The position numbers were made by a program, and so were the translations under genes. A DNA stretch of 64,000 nucleotides, taken from Yuukianura sp. NJ FZ-2021. Lineage: Eukaryota. The DNA lies in the NCBI GenBank assembly GCA_046563655.1, contig CM102286.1, positions 4,402,001-4,466,000 of the forward strand. The letters run 5' to 3'. Shown one piece after another: positions 60,505 through 64,000 of the stretch. Below the pieces are notes generated by a model that did no database searches, had not been told where the DNA came from, and saw nothing but the letters and a program-made list of their open reading frames with translations. Every line of letters begins with the position of its first letter. The stretch's first letter is position 1.

Positions 60505-62939
60505 ATGCATGGAGTTAGGCACAGTTTACCAGCGGATACGGTTACGGCTACTTACTACGGCGCTGGAGATTCGGACGGAACATTAAGTGGTGTCCCATTT
60601 TCTACAGATGGACGTTCGGGGTTTTCAAAGGCCAGTTTCCTCACTGATACGTTTATGTCTTCCCATTGAATTGATGATAATTAACTGTTCTGCAGGGAGA
60701 AGAAGTGCCTTTGATAAAAGGAGAAGAAATATGGAGAATGACACCGGATGTAACATACCTCAGCCCCTACGCTGCTCCATTGAAGGGAAACTTATACTTA
60801 ACAACCTACAAGCTATATTTTGAAAGCACGTCTAACAAAGATAAGGAAAGCAAAGTGTTTCAAGTTCCGCTTGGAGTGGTAAACTTTCTTTTACTTTGCC
60901 TTATTTAAAACTTATAGAAATCCGGTTGTATAAAAATTTGTCTAATTTAGATCAACAGGGTCGAGAAAGTTGGGGGAGTATCTAGCCGTGGTGACAATTC
61001 TTATGGACTGGAAATTTTTTGCAAAGATGTCAGAACGTTGAAATTCGCACAGAATAGGGAGAACCATTCCAGACGAGAATTATTTGAAGATTTACTGCAT
61101 CTGTGTTTTCCTTACACAAGAAAAGGCCTTCCATTTGCATTCTCATTCCAGGAACAGTTCCATGTGGATGGATGGACAATATATGATCCCGTCGCGGAGT
61201 TGAAACGAATTGTAAGTTACACAGTTTGTTATTTTTGCTAATATTGTGGTAAGTATCCAGTGAAACAGTGTACATGCTTTTCTACAGGGAGTTCCAAATG
61301 AATCCTGGAAAATTATCAAGATAAATGAAAAGTACGAAGTTTGTGACTCATATCCAGCGATCTGGGCAGTTCCAGCAGTTGCTGATGATGAGTTCATTCA
61401 TGACGTTGCCTCCTTTCGCTCGAGAAACCGCCTTCCTGTTCTTTCATGGCTTCATCCCCACAGTCAAGCCAGTATTACGAGATGTGCCCAACCGAATGTT
61501 GGATTAGCATCAAAACGAAATAAGAATGATGAGATTTATCTTCAAATGATTCTTGACGCAAACGTACAAGGTCACAAATTGATCGTGATGGATGCTCGTC
61601 CCAAGTAAGAAAATTTCTCGCTCTAACCGAACAATCTAAGATTATTGCTCAGATTACCTAATTAATCTATCATTGACAATGTTTTAGTGCAAATGCTTTG
61701 GCGAATAAAGCGAAGGGCGGTGGATACGAATCGGAAGATGTATATCAAAACATCGAGTTGATATTTCTGGACATTCACAACATTCATGTAATGCGAGAAT
61801 CTCTACGAAAAGTGAAAGGTAAAGTACATTAACAACAATTAAATCAACTGAGTTCAGTACTTCCATCACTAATTTACTATTCCCGTTACCATAAACAGAG
61901 GAATGCTATCCAACTACAGACGAGAATAGATGGCTGTCGGCAATCGATAGCTCACGATGGCTGGATCACTTGAAGTGTGTCATAGCTGGTGCTGCTCGGA
62001 TCGTCGACAGAGTCGAGAACGGTAAAACTTCTGTTTTAGTCCATTGTTCAGACGGCTGGGACAGAACTTCCCAGGTAACATTTCCATCAAATAGAACAGT
62101 TTTTACTTCAATTGTGAAATTCTTCGTCAAAATTTTGGATTTTTGTGTTCCCAAGTTGACTTCACTCTCCATGTTACTTCTGGATGGGTACTACAGAACG
62201 TTACGCGGTTTTCAAGTCTTGGTTGAAAAAGAGTGGCTAAGCTTTGGTCATAAATTTCAGCAGGCAAGGAAGATTAATAATATTGCTGGATCTTAATTTC
62301 ATTAGCTTCAACTTCTGTTTTAACTTTTATAGCGCGTTGGACATGGAGACGAGAGACACGCAGACGCAGATCGGTCTCCGATATTTCTTCAATGGGTGGA
62401 CTGTGTTTATCAAGTAACCAAGCAGTACCCTAATGCTTTTGAGTTCACTGAAAACTTTCTCATCACCATACTGGATCATCTCTACTCTTGCCTCTTTGGT
62501 ACGTTTTTGTACAACACTGAACGAGAACGAGTGGCGAATGAACTCAAAAAGAAAACAGTTTCATTATGGTCTCTCGTCAATTCTAATCCCGATTTCTACA
62601 CAAATCCTTTCTACTGCGATGAGGTTTCCCGTAACAAGGTCATCATCCCATCTCCAGCAATTCGTCACTTGAAATTCTGGAAAACCTACTTCTGCAGATG
62701 GAATAGACTTGTTCATAAACAGGTAATTGACATGATTGTGCAAAGAACATCAAGAAACCAAGAATTAACATTTACATGTATTGCTATTGTTAAACTAGGA
62801 TCCAGTGATGTGTTCGAACAAATATCAACATCTGATGCTTTATAAAGCACAACTGGAAACTAGGCTAGCAGACCTGAAGTTGTTGGAAGATGCGGAAAAT
62901 AGAAATCACCGCACTGCCGTGAGAGCCGCGTATTTTTAG
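60505..62939 (+). CDS. MTMR2: Myotubularin-related phosphoinositide 3-phosphatase (MTM1/MTMR2-like)
   Basis: PH-GRAM region, catalytic [32 protein letters not shown] and a C-terminal coiled coil. The start at 60505 is inferred. Confidence 0.9.
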
Positions 62940-63271
62940 ATTACGAATGTGCATTAAAAGTCGCCTAAATTATTCCTATCAACTGGAGTTAATAACAAAC
63001 TGGTTACTAATTGTACTAGCAGTTGAGGTTTTACTATGCAATGGTTCGGATATTGTCCATTTTGTATCATATTGTTTAATTTGAGTGGCAAACACCGGAA
63101 TCGGAAGTAGAGTTTAAGGTTTGAATTATCCTGAATTGAGTTCTGATTTTTTGACAATGATTTCTTAAAAAGAGTTGCTTTTGCTTTAGCTGCTTTCCAT
63201 ATAATGACATTTAAGACAATAAAGTTCCAAGTACCTGGTTGATTTACGTTTTTTGTTATCTTCAGTTGAGC

Positions 63272-64000
<729 letters not shown>

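Overview
AT-rich eukaryotic (metazoan, arthropod-like) genomic DNA with mostly short (about 55-150 nt) spliceosomal introns; the species cannot be determined from the sequence alone. Manual splicing supports about 15 protein-coding genes: NDUFA11, a Pcc1/LAGE3 gene 38 nt upstream of PIG-P (probably dicistronic; Pcc1 is absent from the ORF track), a secreted fibrinogen-domain protein, RPB8/POLR2H with two unusually long introns, a standalone histidine phosphatase (UBASH3/EPPase-like), DRAP1 with a U12-type AT-AC intron, a divergent truncated GRB2/Drk-like SH3-SH2 gene, a four-TM protein, two tandem secreted ricin-B lectins, TrpRS, a luciferase-like acyl-CoA synthetase, an EPRS with no WHEP repeats, a myotubularin and the 3' part of adenosine kinase. 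The most striking non-coding structure is a 525-bp miniature LTR retroelement (TRIM) at 20241-20765. It has identical 237-bp LTRs that each carry a tRNA-like Pol III cassette, plus a PBS, a PPT and a 4-bp TSD. It is nested in a 3.4-kb satellite-armed foldback element with an 8-bp TSD. A second 2.1-kb palindromic element and a Tc1/mariner-type MITE are also present. Exon boundaries were read by eye and may be off by a few bases.
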